DNA of 64,000 nucleotides from positions 5,743,492 through 5,807,491 of the forward strand of contig NC_090418.1 in the NCBI RefSeq assembly GCF_036365525.1, read 5' to 3'. Numbering within the stretch: the stretch's first letter is position 1; every line of letters begins with the position of its first letter. The DNA is from Heterodontus francisci (taxonomy: Eukaryota). The notes beneath the pieces are model-generated. The model had not been told where the DNA came from. It did not search any database and was given only the letters and a program-made list of their open reading frames with translations. This document shows, in pieces, positions 38,172-50,414 of this stretch. The position numbers were made by a program, and so were the translations under genes.

Positions 38172-38620
38172 ACATAGAACATAGGAACAGGAAGAGGCCA
38201 TTCAGCCCCTCGAGCTTGTTCCACCATTCGACAAGATCATGACTGATCTGCGACCAAACTCCATATACCCGACTTTGCCCCATATCCCTTCGTATCTTTG
38301 GTTAACAAAAATCTATCAATCTCAGATTTAAAATTAACAATTGATCCAGCATCAATTGCCATTTGTGGAAGAGAGTTCCAAACTTCTACCACCCTTTGTG
38401 TGTAGAAGTGTTTCCTAATTTCACTCCTGAATGGTCTGGCTCTAATTTTTAGACTCTGCCCCCTAGTCCTAGACTCCCCAACCAGTGGAAATAGTTTCTC
38501 CCAATCTACCCTATCTGTAACCCTCAATATCTTGAAAACTTTGATCAAAATCACCTCTTCACCTCCTAAATTCCAGGGAATACAACCCTAGTTTGTGTAA
38601 TCTCTCTCCTCGTAATTTAA
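38172..38620 (-). mobile_element. CR1 3' fragment
   Basis: FRSEIRKHFYTQRVVEVWNSLPQ; same subfamily as 63580-63925. Confidence 0.85.
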
Positions 38621-39744
38621 CACTGGCACGGTTTAGTGATTTGCTATGCTTGTTTGGAGTTGTAAAGCACGCAGTGTCTTACTCATAGCCCAAACTGTTA
38701 GTTCAGGCAGGGCCATGTTCCGCTTCTGCTTTGTTACAGCTGACACTAGGTCTTGCCATCCGCTTGCCTAACCCCCTTACACAGGTAGACCAGTGCAGAG
38801 CCGTCAGCATCTTTGTGTGTTGAGCAAACCTTTTCCCAATGATCCTTCAGGCAGACTGGCCAACAGGCTGCCCGCTTCGCGACTGCCTAAAACAGCCCTC
38901 CTAGTTCCCAGTATTCTGCTGGTGCACAGAGCTCGTGCGCAGTCCCGTCAGGTGGCGAGTTCTTGATCTCGGCCATGTTGCTGGGTCAATGGGGTCCTGG
39001 TGAGTCGAAGGTCAGCTGATTTCCCTGCAGAGAGGGTAGAGGGCAAGTCGCCCACAATCCATTATTGTAGATCACCTCACAGATGCTAGGACTGGGTGAA
39101 GTCTATCAATTAAACTGCTCGAATTAGAATCTGATATTAACACAGAGGCATTGACAGGATGAAGAATAAACAGCTTGTTTTAAACTGGTGGTTTCAAAAC
39201 AATAAATTTTTATCTCCTCCTTTTGAATCTTCACTCTTAGCTATCATTTCCTATCCAGCTTTGGTGACTACACTTTGAAAAGTGCTATAAAGCACTTTAG
39301 GGTGTCCTGAGACTCTGAAAGGTGCAATGCAAGTCTGCCTTTCTAAGTCTTGGTGCTTTCTTTCTGAATGAGCTGTCTTTTTAAAACAATCAGAGGTGTG
39401 TGCTTTGAAGGCAGAGGTTATGACTCTTTTATTGAGGCCCTGATGCACACGTGCACCTCAGGTAGCTCCCTCCTGATTGAGCTGACTGAAGCAACATGCA
39501 CAATTAACATGGGGACAGATGTTTCACTGCGGAGTTAGAGACTAAAACGTCAGTGTGTGCTGCTTAGAGAGTAACGTTTAGGTTTCAAGGACACAGCAAC
39601 ACAATCAAAGGGGACATTGTGGCCTAAACTGAGAGAGCAGAACCCTGGGACTGTTGGACCAAGCTTTTAGGTGCTGGGTAACATTAGCTGGACTTGTATG
39701 CCCCTGACTCTGGATTAAAGCAATCCAGTTTTGTGAAGTTATAT

Positions 39745-40268
39745 GAAACACCTCATCCATGCCTATGTTACCTCTAGACTTGACTATTCCAATGCACGCC
39801 TAAACTGGTCTCCCACCTTCCACCCTCTGTAAACTTGAGGTCATCCAAATCTCTGCTGCCTGTGGCCTGACTCTCTCCAAGTCCCGTTCACCCATCACCC
39901 TGTGCTCGCTGACCTACATTGGCTCCCGCTTAAGCAGTGTCTCCATTTTTAAAATTCTCATCCTTGCTTTCAAATCCCCTTGTGGCCCTTTCCTCTCTCT
40001 GTCTCTGTAATCTTCAGCCACACAACGCTCTGCATTCCTCCAATCATTGCCTTCAATTTCCATCGCTCCACCATTGGCGGCCGTGCCTTCAGCTGCCTGG
40101 GCCCTAAGCTCTGGCATTCTCTCCCTAAACCTCTCCGCCTCTCTCCCCTCCTTACGACGCTCCTTAAAACCGACCTCTTTTGCCAAGCTTTTGGTCACCT
40201 GTCCCTATATCTCCTTATGTGGCTCGGTGTCAAATTTTGTCTCTTGTGGAATGTTTTATTACGTTAAG
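39745..40268 (+). mobile_element. L2 3' fragment
   Basis: GGRAFSCLGPKLWHSLP...LKTDLF. Confidence 0.8.
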
Positions 40269-40274
40269 TGCTCT

Positions 40275-41432
40275 TGGTTTCAAAAAGCATTTTATAAGGT
40301 CTGCATGAAAAGTTATTATACAAAATTAGGGCTCATGGATTGAGGTTAATGTAGTGGCGTGGATTGGTTAACAGACAGGATACAGAGTAGGAAATGAACA
40401 GGTTGTTTATGGGTTGGCAGGCTGTAACTAGTGGGCTCCCGTAAGGATCAGTGCTTGGGCCCCAGCTGTTTCAAATCTATATCAATGACTTAGACGAGGG
40501 GATCAAGTGTAATGTATCCAAACTTGCTGATGATACAAAGTTAGGTAGGAAAGTAAGCTGGGAGGAGGATACAAAGAGGCTGCAAAGAGATAGAGACAGC
40601 GTAAGTGAGGCAAGAACATGGCAGATGGAATATAATGTGCAGAAGTGTGAAGTTATCCACTTTGGAGGGAAAATAGAAAAGCAGAATTTTTTTAAATGGC
40701 GAGAGACTGGAAAGGTTGGTATTTGGAGGGATTTGGGTGCCCTTGTGTACGAACAACAGCAAGTTAACTTTGCAGGTACAGCAAGTAATTAGGAAAGTAA
40801 ATGGTATGTTAGTTTTTTTATTACAAAAGGATTAGAGTAGAAGAGTAAAGATGTCTTGCTACAATTTTCAAGGACCTTGGTGAGACCACATCTGGTGTAC
40901 TGTATAGTTTTTGTCTCCTTACTTAAGGAACGATATAATTGCGTTGGAGGGAGTGCGACGGAGTTTTCACTGGATTGATTCCTGGCATGAGAGCACTGTC
41001 TTATGAGGAGAGCTTGAGACTAGGCCTATATTCCTAGAGTTTAGAAGAATGGGAAGTGGTCTCATTGAAACATATAAAATTCTTCTGGGGCTTAGTAGGG
41101 TAGTTGCAGGAAGGATGTTTCCCCTGACTGGAGAGTCTAGAACCAGGGGTCACAGTCTCAGGATAAGGGATCAGCCATATAGTACTGAGATGAGAAATTA
41201 CTTCACTCAGAGGTTTGAGAGTCTTTGGGGTTCTCTACCCCAGAGAGCTGTGGATGCTCAGTCGTTGAGTATATTGAAGACTGAGGTCGATAGATTTTTG
41301 GGTATCAAGGAAATTAAAGGATATGGGGATAGTGAAGGAAGGAGGAATTGAGGTAGAAAATCAGCCATGATATTGAATGGCAGAGCAGGCTCAAGGGGCC
41401 AAATCTCCCACTCCTGCCCCTATTTCTTATGT
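40275..41432 (+). mobile_element. CR1 ORF2 RT and C-terminal fragment, degraded
   Basis: GSVLGPQLFQIYINDLDEG...KLADDTKLG motif; ends about 110 bp before exon 5. Confidence 0.88.
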
Positions 41433-41542
41433 ACGTTGGTTTTGATTATCTGAATGTAACGTTTCGTGTTGCTATTGGATGCCATCCCTGTAAATGTCTT
41501 GGCCAGATCCTGAAATGGCTGCCTTTTTCTTCTCCCTGACAG

Positions 41543-41663
41543 TGCTAAACACCTCCTCTCAGGAGGAGGTCTCCATCCAGGACGTGCGGATTTTGCCAAA
41601 CTTCAACGCCAGCTACTTGCCCATGATGCCTGATGGTTCGGTGCTGCTCGTAGACAATGTCTG
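41543..41663 (+). CDS. TRAPPC14: TRAPPC14 exon 5 (VLNTSSQEEVSIQDVRILPNFNASYLPMMPDGSVLLVDNVC)
   Basis: Read by hand (not in the ORF track on this strand). Acceptor tccctgacag; donor TG|gtgaga; 121 nt, phase 1 to 2. Confidence 0.94.
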
Positions 41664-42182
41664 GTGAGAGCTGTGCGTAATATTTATAAGGGACTGGGAT
41701 GAAGCTGGAAAGGACATGAGGCTGGCTCAGTGATGCCTCCGACAAGTTCACCAGTGATTTGCACTTCAACCTGGCCCCGTTGGCCCGGTTTGGGGGCTTG
41801 AGTGCGGAGGGGGGTGGACTCTGCCTCCCGGTGTTGGTACCCAGTCTGTACCAAGTGGGGAGCAGTGCCAAATTTTGGTCCATGCCAAAGTCACTGGGGT
41901 GGCTGTCAAGCAGCAGCAATCAGACCCAGCAGCCTGGCGTAGGAGGAGGAAGTAGCCCTGGAAAGGAAGGTGTGGAGTGTTATCGCTCTCCTGATTGTTA
42001 TCCAGTGATCTGCACTGTGAGAGTCTGACAATGTACAAGCATAAACAGCCTGGATACTCCCTGCTCAGGCTTAACGTGAACAGGATGGGTCTTTCAGTCA
42101 TATTCAAACCTGTGTCGATTCGAGAGGAATAGAATTAAAAGGCAGAGTTTATGTTAAACTTGTGTGGAACCTTGGTTACACT

Positions 42183-43632
42183 ACACTTGGTGGAGCACCG
42201 TGCACAGTTCCGGTCTCCATGTCACACTTGGAGCACTGTGCACAGTTCCGGTCTCCATGTCACACTTGGAGCACTGTGCACAGTTCCGGTCTCCATATCA
42301 CACTTGGAGCACTGTGCACAGTTCCGGTCTCCATATCACACTTGGAGCACCATGCACAGTTCCGGTCTCCATGTCACACTTGGAGCACCGTGCACAGTTC
42401 CGGTCTCCATGTCACACTTGGAGCACCGTGCACAGTTCCGGTCTCCATGTCACACTTGGAGCACCGTGCACAGTTCCGGTCTCCATGTCACACTTGGAGC
42501 ACCGTGCACAGTTCCGGTCTCCATGTCACACTTGGAGCACCGTGCACAGTTCCGGTCTCCATGTCACACTTGGAGCACTGTGCACAGTTCCGGTCTCCAT
42601 ATCACACTTGGAGCACCGTGCACAGTTCCGGTCTCCATGTCACACTTGGAGCACTGTGCACAGTTCCGGTCTCCATGTCACACTTGGAGCACTGTGCACA
42701 GTTCTGGTCTCCGTATCACACTTGGAGCGCTGTGCACAGTTCCGGTCTCCGTGTCACACTTGGAGCACTGTGCACAGTGTTGGTCTCCATATCACACTTG
42801 GAGCACCGTGCACAGTGTTGGTCTCCATATCACACTTGGAGCACCGTGCACAGTGTTGGTCTCCATATCACACTTGGAGCACAGTGCACAGTTCCGGTCT
42901 CCATATCACACTTGGAGCACCGTGCACAGTGTTGGTCTCCATATCACACTTGGAGCACCGTGCACAGTGTTGGTCTCCATATCACACTTGGAGCACCGTG
43001 CACAGTGTTGGTCTCCATATCACACTTGGAGCACAGTGCACAGTTCCGGTCTCCATATCACACTTGGAGCACTGTGCACAGTTCCGGTCTCCATATCACA
43101 CTTGGAGCACAGTGCACAGTTCCGGTCACCATATCACACTTGGAGCACCGTGCACAGTTCTGGTCTCCATATCACACTTGGAGCACTGTGCACAGTTCTG
43201 GTTTCCATATCACACTTGGAGCACTGTGCACAGTTCTGGTCTCTATATCACACTTGGAGCACTGTGCACAGTTCTGGTTTCCATATCACACTTGGAGCAC
43301 TGTGCACAGTTCTGGTCTCTATATCACACTTGGAGCACTGTGCACAGTTCCGATCTCCATATCACACTTGGAGCACCGTTCACAGTGTTGGTCTCCATAT
43401 CACACTTGGAGCACTGTGCACAGTGTTGGTCTCCATATCACACTTGGAGCACTGTGCACAGTGTTGGTCTCCATATCACACTTGGAGCACTGTGCACAGT
43501 GTTGGTCTCCATATCACACTTGGAGCACTGTGCACAGTTCTGGTTTCCATATCACACTTGGAGCACTGTGCACAGTTCTGGTCTCTATATCACACTTGGA
43601 GCACTGTGCACAGTTCCGATCTCCATATCACA
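42183..43632 (+). repeat. 38-bp minisatellite (about 38 copies) derived from CR1 ORF2
   Basis: Unit CACACTTGGAGCACTGTGCACAGTTCCGGTCTCCATAT encodes HLEHCAQFRSPY (CR1 HLEYCxQFWSP). CR1 sequence continues on both sides (about 42120-44260). Confidence 0.95.
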
Positions 43633-43784
43633 AAACGGATGTAGAAAGAGTGCAAAAAAGATTTGAAAGGATGATGTGAGCTGAGAGGTTATACATATCA
43701 GGACTGGCTGAATAGGCCTTGAAAAGCGAAGGCTAAGGGATGACTTGATAGAGATCACCAAAATTATGAAAAGATTTATAAAAC

Positions 43785-44056
43785 ACTGCCTGTGCGGAGT
43801 TTGCAAGTTCTCCCTGTGTCTGCGTGGGTTTCCGCCGGGTGCTCCGGTTTCCTCCCACAGCCAAAGACTTGCAGGTTGATAGGTAAATTGGCCATTGTAA
43901 ATTGCCCGTAGTGTAGGTCGCTGGTAGGATAATGGTGGGGATGTGGTAGGAATATGGGATTAATGTAGGATTAGTATAAATGGGTAGTTGTTGGTCAGCA
44001 CAGACTCGGTGGGCCGAAGGGCCTGTTTCAGTGCTGTATCTCTGTGACTATGACTA
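43785..44056 (+). mobile_element. 5'-truncated HE1-type V-SINE inside the same CR1 fragment
   Basis: V-domain and tail match the 10403 copy; tRNA head absent. Confidence 0.85.
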
Positions 44057-44811
44057 ATAACTAGACAGGGAGACGATATCCTCCTCTTCTGGGGCGAACA
44101 GAACTTGGGGCCATCAACATGACAGAGTCACAATAAATCCAATAAGGGAATTCAGAAACAATCTCTTAAAGAGTGGCGAGAATGAATGATGAACTGAGGA
44201 GTGGGAAGTAGAACGCCGGTGCAAACTTAATGGACCGAATGGCCTTATCCTGTGCTGAGTCAATGGATTCTTCATGGGTTGGGCACACTTGGTGGGCAAT
44301 GGCACATTGTAAAGACTGGTCAGATGGCAGCTTAACGTCTCGTGCTGGTCTGTTGAACCACACTGGAGAACTCGCTGGCTCGAAGGAAAAGCTGTTTAAT
44401 GATGCCAATGGGAAAAACGTTTTCTCGCTTGCCTTTCTCAGTCCTGACTTTGTAATTTAGTGCAACCAGCCATTAAACAATACATTCCTGTAACTTCTGT
44501 AGGGCCCTTAAAAGAGTATAAAAACTCCCTACAGATACGCTCTTGAATTTCTAACAATATTACTACTATAAGTGACCCTGATCACAGCCTTTGCTGAAGA
44601 TGGATTTTCAGCTTTCATTACTGAGAAGGATGAAATGCTTCTTTAATATGGGATGACCAAATCCTGTTGTCTGTATCCTAACTCGCATCCTATGAAATGC
44701 CTCGGGATGTTTTTAACCATGTTAATGGCGCTATATAAATGCGAGTCTTTGTTGGTCTCCGGGTTGTGATGGTTTGTTTGAACGTGTCTGCCGCCGGTTT
44801 TCCCCCCACAG

Positions 44812-44959
44812 CCACCAGTCGGGTGACGTGTCCGTGGCTTCGTTCTACAGGATGGACGGCAATTATAGCCAGCTCCCGACGAGGCTCAGCGCCCTGGAGG
44901 AGCAAGCTTTCCTCTTCCAGCTGCAGGTTAATGAGCGGCCCCAGCAGGACACGAAGGAG
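44812..44959 (+). CDS. TRAPPC14: TRAPPC14 exon 6 (HQSGDVSVASFYRMDGNYSQLPTRLSALEEQAFLFQLQVNERPQQDTKE)
   Basis: Acceptor ccccacag; donor GAG|gtacgg; 148 nt, phase 2 to 0. Confidence 0.93.
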
Positions 44960-47500
44960 GTACGGCACACGCTCAAGGGATGGCCTGCTTCATGCCAAGA
45001 ACGGAAAGCTTTCAGTAACTGCTGCTGTGGAAAGTAAATTCGGCAAAGATAGGGGGAATGGAACAGAGTAGATGACCGTTTCAGGGAGACAGCACAGGCA
45101 CGATTTAAAGTGATTGGCACCAGGGGCGACACGAGGAAAAACATTTTGACCCAGCGAGTGGTTGAACACTTGGGGAAAAAATATTGCAGTGATGTGGGGA
45201 AAGGGAGTGGGACTAACTGGATTGCTCTTCGAAAGAGCTGGCACAGGGCCGATGGGCTGAATGGCCTCCTTCTGTGCTGTGCTGCTGTCCGATGCTGTGA
45301 ATCCACCGCCTTTTGCGGGAGTGAATTCCAGATTTGCACCACCACCTAATGTAAAAGAAGCTCAATCGAGGCCCTTGCCAGCCAGTCGCTAGAGAAGGTC
45401 GTAATCCTGCTTAACTAGGGTGAACTTGAACCCAAATCATAGAACCAGAAAGTGACGCAGCACAGAAAGAGGCCATTCGGCCCATCATGCCTGTGGTGGA
45501 CCTTTTGAAAGCCGGTGGACAACTCCCTCTGGATGCTCCTTGTTAGCGACGTTTTAAACCCAGGAGCGCGATCTACCCTGGACCCCCGCCTCTCGCAAAA
45601 ACTGTGAGCGTTATTTTGAAAAGCTTTTTCCAACAGACAGCAAGCAATAGCCGCCATTAGTGCGGCGGTTTTACAGTGTTCCCTGGAGCATTGAGAGCCA
45701 GAAGGAAGGCTCGGGTTCCAACCCAGTAAACTGCTACATTCCTGGCAGCTTCCCTTTCAGACGTGGGTGCACCGCTTCAGTTACACTCTGTCCAAGTCTG
45801 CACGGCTGACGGAGCCAGCAGGAAATAAAGATACGCTGGCCCTTAGAGTTGTGGAAAAGCACTGAAGTGTTCTCATCAGAATAAGGACTGGGGATCAGAA
45901 TTTTAAAATTCTGTTGCGGACTTTTTTTTTTGAGCAGTGCTGTCACTAGCGGGTACTAGTACATAATAGTAACAGGCTGTTTGGCCCATCTGGCCCATGC
46001 TGGCATTTACGCCCCACACGAGCCTTCTACCGCCCAACTCCATCTCACCCCATCAATATATCCTACTATTGCTTTCTCCCTGCTGTGTTTATTAACCAGC
46101 TTGCCCTTCAGTGCATCTGTTGATAGTTTAACCTGGCATCTCAAACTCAGTGTAACCGAGTTAACTAAATCTGGCAGAGTGCAGGCGACGTTACATGGAA
46201 AATTTATATCGTGTTCTCTCTGAAGCCGCGGGAGAAACCCCCCCCCCCATATAGGAATGGAGCGAGCAACCATTGGTGCCATTTTCCCCCGGGTTTCTTA
46301 ACAGTGAAGCTATGTTAGGAAATTGGGAACCCACCCACCCACCACGCCCGCAGAAATTCCTCCCCTCGCTGCATGCCCCCCCCCCCCCCCCATACTATCC
46401 CCCTGAGCACTTAAATCAATCGCCTATCATAATTAAAACAGAGACTGCTGGGACTACACAGCAGGTCTGTCAGAGGAAAGACAGGTATCGTTCATTTGAT
46501 TGTAAGCCCTCTGTCGTGACTGCACGACAACAGCTTGCATTTATATAGCACCTGCCACGTAGTGAAGATGTCCCAAGGTGCTTCACGAGAGCCGTTATCA
46601 GACAAAAACGGACACCAAATGAGATATTGGGACGTAGGAACAGGAGGAGGCCATTCAGCCCTTCGAGCCTGTTCCACAATTCAATTTTTTTTTTTAATTT
46701 CGCTCATATGATGTGGGCATCGCTGGCAAGGCCAGCATTTATTGCCCATCCCTAATTGTCCTTGAGAAGGTGGTGGTGAGCTGCCTCCTTGAACCGCCGC
46801 CGTCCTTGTGCTGTAGGTGTAGAGGGTTATGGCTGATCTGGGACCTAACTCCATGTTTGCCTTTGCTCCAGGCCCCAATACGTAGTTTAGCAAACTTGGG
46901 TTTAAACTGGTGATCAAACGTGGGGTCAAGCAAGTCGGTTTCAAGGAGTGTCTTAAAGAAGTATTATGTGCGGCCCCCACTGCTTATAGCTGGTGTTAAC
47001 ACACTTATTGGTCTTGCTGCATACAAGGACGAATAGAATAGTACAAATTTTTAACTGGTGAATTTTTCCTCTTGATTTGGCTGAGGGTTTTTAACCTTCC
47101 TGTGCCTGTCCCAGGAGATGACATGACCTGCTGGTGGTTGGGGGTGTTGTGGGGGTGGGTGTGGTGGTTTTGGTCGGGTCGGGGTGTCCAATCGAACTGC
47201 TTCATGCATCATGACGTACGCCTGGGGCACACTTGATAAACGTGTTGGCCTTTTCCTGCCTGTCGCTCACGTCCGTTTTTGCAGCTTTAAACGATCTGGC
47301 CAGAATCAAACTTATTTCATTTTGCTTGGTATGCACAAGTATTAACCGAGCGGGTGCGGGACATAATTTAACTTGCTGCTCTTTGTTCCTGTCAGATGAT
47401 TTTGGACCCAGGCTCGCTCTAATGTCAAGTTAAAGTGTGACCAAGTTCAGCAATAATTTGTTCGCTTTTTTTTTTCTATCTTTTTAAAAAAAAAACACAG

Positions 47501-47583
47501 GGTCTGGAAGTGCCGTTGACTGCGATAGTATGTTGGTCCACCGCTAACCTACCTCTTGAGAAGAAGATCTATACACATTACAG
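47501..47583 (+). CDS. TRAPPC14: TRAPPC14 exon 7 (GLEVPLTAIVCWSTANLPLEKKIYTHYR)
   Basis: Read by hand. Acceptor aaaacacag; donor CAG|gtgggt; 83 nt, phase 0 to 2. Confidence 0.92.
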
Positions 47584-47839
47584 GTGGGTATTAGAGCACA
47601 GTTTCTGCCACTTTACCCATTAACCACTCTTCACGCATTGTCCCCTTGTGTGTCACCAAACAGTAAGCACATGTTTAGTGGTTTATTGCTTTGAGAGTAC
47701 ATATAATACATATCAGGGTCCAGCTCAGCAGGCTTGGAGGAAACCCCCCATCCTCATCCCTCTTTCCCATCTTGCCCCCTCCCCAATTTCTTCCCGCTGT
47801 TCCCCACCCCCAACCTTCTTCCCTCTCTCTCCCCCACCT

Positions 47840-49215
47840 GCTTACAGCACAGAAGGAGGTCATTCAGCCCATCATGTCTGCACGGCTCTCTGAATGAGCA
47901 TTTCACCTAATGCTACTCCCTGGCCTTCTCCCCGTAGCCCCGCACGTTCTTCCATTTCAGATTACAATCCAATTCCCTCTCGAATGCCTCGATTTGAATC
48001 TGCCTCCACCACAATCTCAGGCAGCGCATTCCAGATCCTAACCACTCGCTGCGTGGAAAAGTTTTTCCGCATGTCACTTCTGGTCCTTTTGCCGATCACC
48101 TTCAAATCGGTGTCCTCTGGTTCCCGACCCTTCCGCCAATGGGAACAGTTTCTCTCGATCTACTCTGTCCAGACCCCACATGATTTTGAACGCCTCCATC
48201 AAATCTCCTCTCAACCTTCTCTTCTCTAAGGAGAACAGCCCCAGCTTCTCCAGTCTATCCACGTAACTGAAGTCCCTCATCTCTGGAACCATTCTCGTGA
48301 ATCTTTTCTGCACCTTCTCTAATGCCTTCACATCCGTCCTAAAGTGTGGTGCCCAGAACTGGATGCAATACTCCAGTTGAGTATACAAGTTTAACATAAC
48401 TTCCTTGCTATTGTACTCTATGCCCCTATTAAAGAAGCCTAGGATGCTGTATGCTCTCTCAACGTGTCCTGCCACCTTCAATGATTTATGCACAAAAACA
48501 CCCAGGTCCCTCTGCTCCTGCACCCCTTTTGGAATTGTACCCTTTGTCTGTCTCTCCTCATTCTTTCTACCAAAATGAATAACTTCACACATCTCCGCAT
48601 TAAATTTCATCTGTCACTTGTCCGCCCATTTCACCAACCCGTCTGTCCTATTGACGTTTTACACTATCCTCCTCACAGTTCACAATGCATCCAAGTTTTG
48701 TATCAGCTGCAAATTTTGAAATTGTGCCTTGTACACCAAGGTCTAACGTACATCAGGAAAAGCAAGGGTCCTAACACTGCCCCTGGGGAACTCCACAATA
48801 AACCTTACTCCAGCCCGAAAAACATGCATTAACTCTGTTTCTTGTCACTCAGCCAATTTTGTATCCATGTTGCTTTTATTCCATGAGCTATAACTTTGCT
48901 CCCAAGTCTGTTGTGTGGCACTGTATCAAATGCCTTTTGAAAGTCCATGTACACTACATCAACAGCATTGCCCTCATCAACCTCCCCTGTTACCTTATCA
49001 AAAACTCAAGCAAGTTAGTTAAACACAATTTGCCCTTAACAAATCTGTGCTGGCTTTTCTTCATTCAGCTGCATTTGCCTAAATGACCATTAATTTTGTC
49101 CCGAATTATCATTTCCAGAAGCTTCCCCCACTACAGAGATTAAACTGAGCGAGCTGTAGTTGCTGTGCGTATCTTTACACCCTTTTTTGAACAAGGGTAT
49201 TATATTTGCAATTAT
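47840..49215 (-). mobile_element. CR1 ORF2 fragment
   Basis: 178-aa ORF MKFNAEMCEVIHFGRKN...LEYCIQFWAPH...RRLRGDL; IANIIPLFKKG upstream. Confidence 0.88.
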
Positions 49216-49269
49216 TCTTTCCCTCCCCCAGTCTCCCATTTTAATAACATGGGATGAACCTTTTTTTAA

Positions 49270-49930
49270 AAAAATAAATAAATTCAGGGGATGTGGGTGT
49301 CGCTGGCAAGGCCAGTGTTTATTGCCCATCTATAATGACTCTTGAGAAGGTGTGAAGGAACAGCGATATATTTCCAAGTCAGGATGGTGTGCGACTTGGA
49401 GGGGAACTTGCAGGTGGTGGTGTTCCCATGCGGCTGCTGCCCTTGTCCTTCTAGGTGGTAGAGGTTGCGGGTTTGGAAGGTGCTGTCGAAGGAGCCTTGG
49501 CGAGTTGCTGCAGTGCATCTTGTAGATGGTACACACTGCTGCCACTGTGCGTGGGTGGTGGAGGGAGTGAATGTTTAAGGTGGTAGATGGGGTGCCAATC
49601 ACCCCTGAACGGCCTGGCTCCAATTTTAATGTTCTGCTCCCTTGTTCTGGACTCCCCCCACCTGAGGAACTAGTTTCTCTCTATCGACCCGATCAAATCT
49701 TGAACACCTCGATTAGATCACCCTTAATTCTTCGATATTCAAACATAATGCTTTGTCCTGAGTGTTGTTGGAGCTGCACTCATCCAGGCAAGTGGAGAGT
49801 ATTCCATCGCACTCCTGACTTGTGCCTGAGATGGGATTTGGGGAGACGGGAGGTGAGGCAGTTGCTGCAGAATTCTGACCTGCCGTAGTAGCTACAGTAT
49901 TTCTGTGGCTGTTCCAGTTCAGACTGCAGT
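49270..49930 (-). mobile_element. 3' end of CR1/L2-group LINE sharing its tail with the MetaSINE-type SINEs; carries an internal insertion
   Basis: LNIHSLHHPRTVAAVCTIYKMHCSNSPRLLRQHLP; tail gatgggcaataaacactggccttgccagcgac. Confidence 0.7.
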
Positions 49931-50086
49931 GGTCACTGCCGGTGCTGTGCAAAGTGCGTCTGCAGTCGGAAATGGTTAAATTGCACCACCCTGTGGTAGT
50001 TCATGGGTTTACAGCCATGGTTTCAATGTAAGAGCTGGACTAGCAAGAGCTGTTTATCAGTACTTTGAAGTAGCTCGGGGACAAGG

Positions 50087-50292
50087 AGTGGGAGCAGGAT
50101 ACCTGCCCACCTGGTAGTGGGAGCAGGATACCTGCCCACCTGGTAGTGGGAGCAGGATACCTGCCCACCTGGTAGTGGGAGCAGGATACCTGCCCACCTG
50201 GTAGTGGGAGCAGGATACCTGCCCACCTGGTAGTGGGAGCAGGATACCTGCCCACCTGGTAGTGGGAGCAGGATACCTGCCCACCTGGTAGT
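50087..50292. repeat. 7 perfect copies of 29-bp AGTGGGAGCAGGATACCTGCCCACCTGGT
   Basis: Direct reading; no variants between units. Confidence 0.97.
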
Positions 50293-50414
50293 TTGGTTGG
50301 TGAAATGAATAAGCCTGTTTCCAACAGGATGGGGGCAGCTTTCCGATGAAACAGTCGAAGTAACTTGCTGTATGTCAGTTGCGTCAGGACACTGAGAAGG
50401 AATAAGGGGAGTTG

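Noticed and set aside
42151-43679. Three overlapping ~500-aa ORFs, or a CRISPR-like array
   Set aside because: These arise from a stop-free 38-bp tandem unit. There are no unique spacers and no cas genes, the context is a eukaryotic intron, and the unit is CR1 sequence.
50087-50292. CRISPR repeats or CTCF site array
   Set aside because: No spacers. The minus-strand CTACCAGGTGGGC mismatches the CTCF core at key positions.
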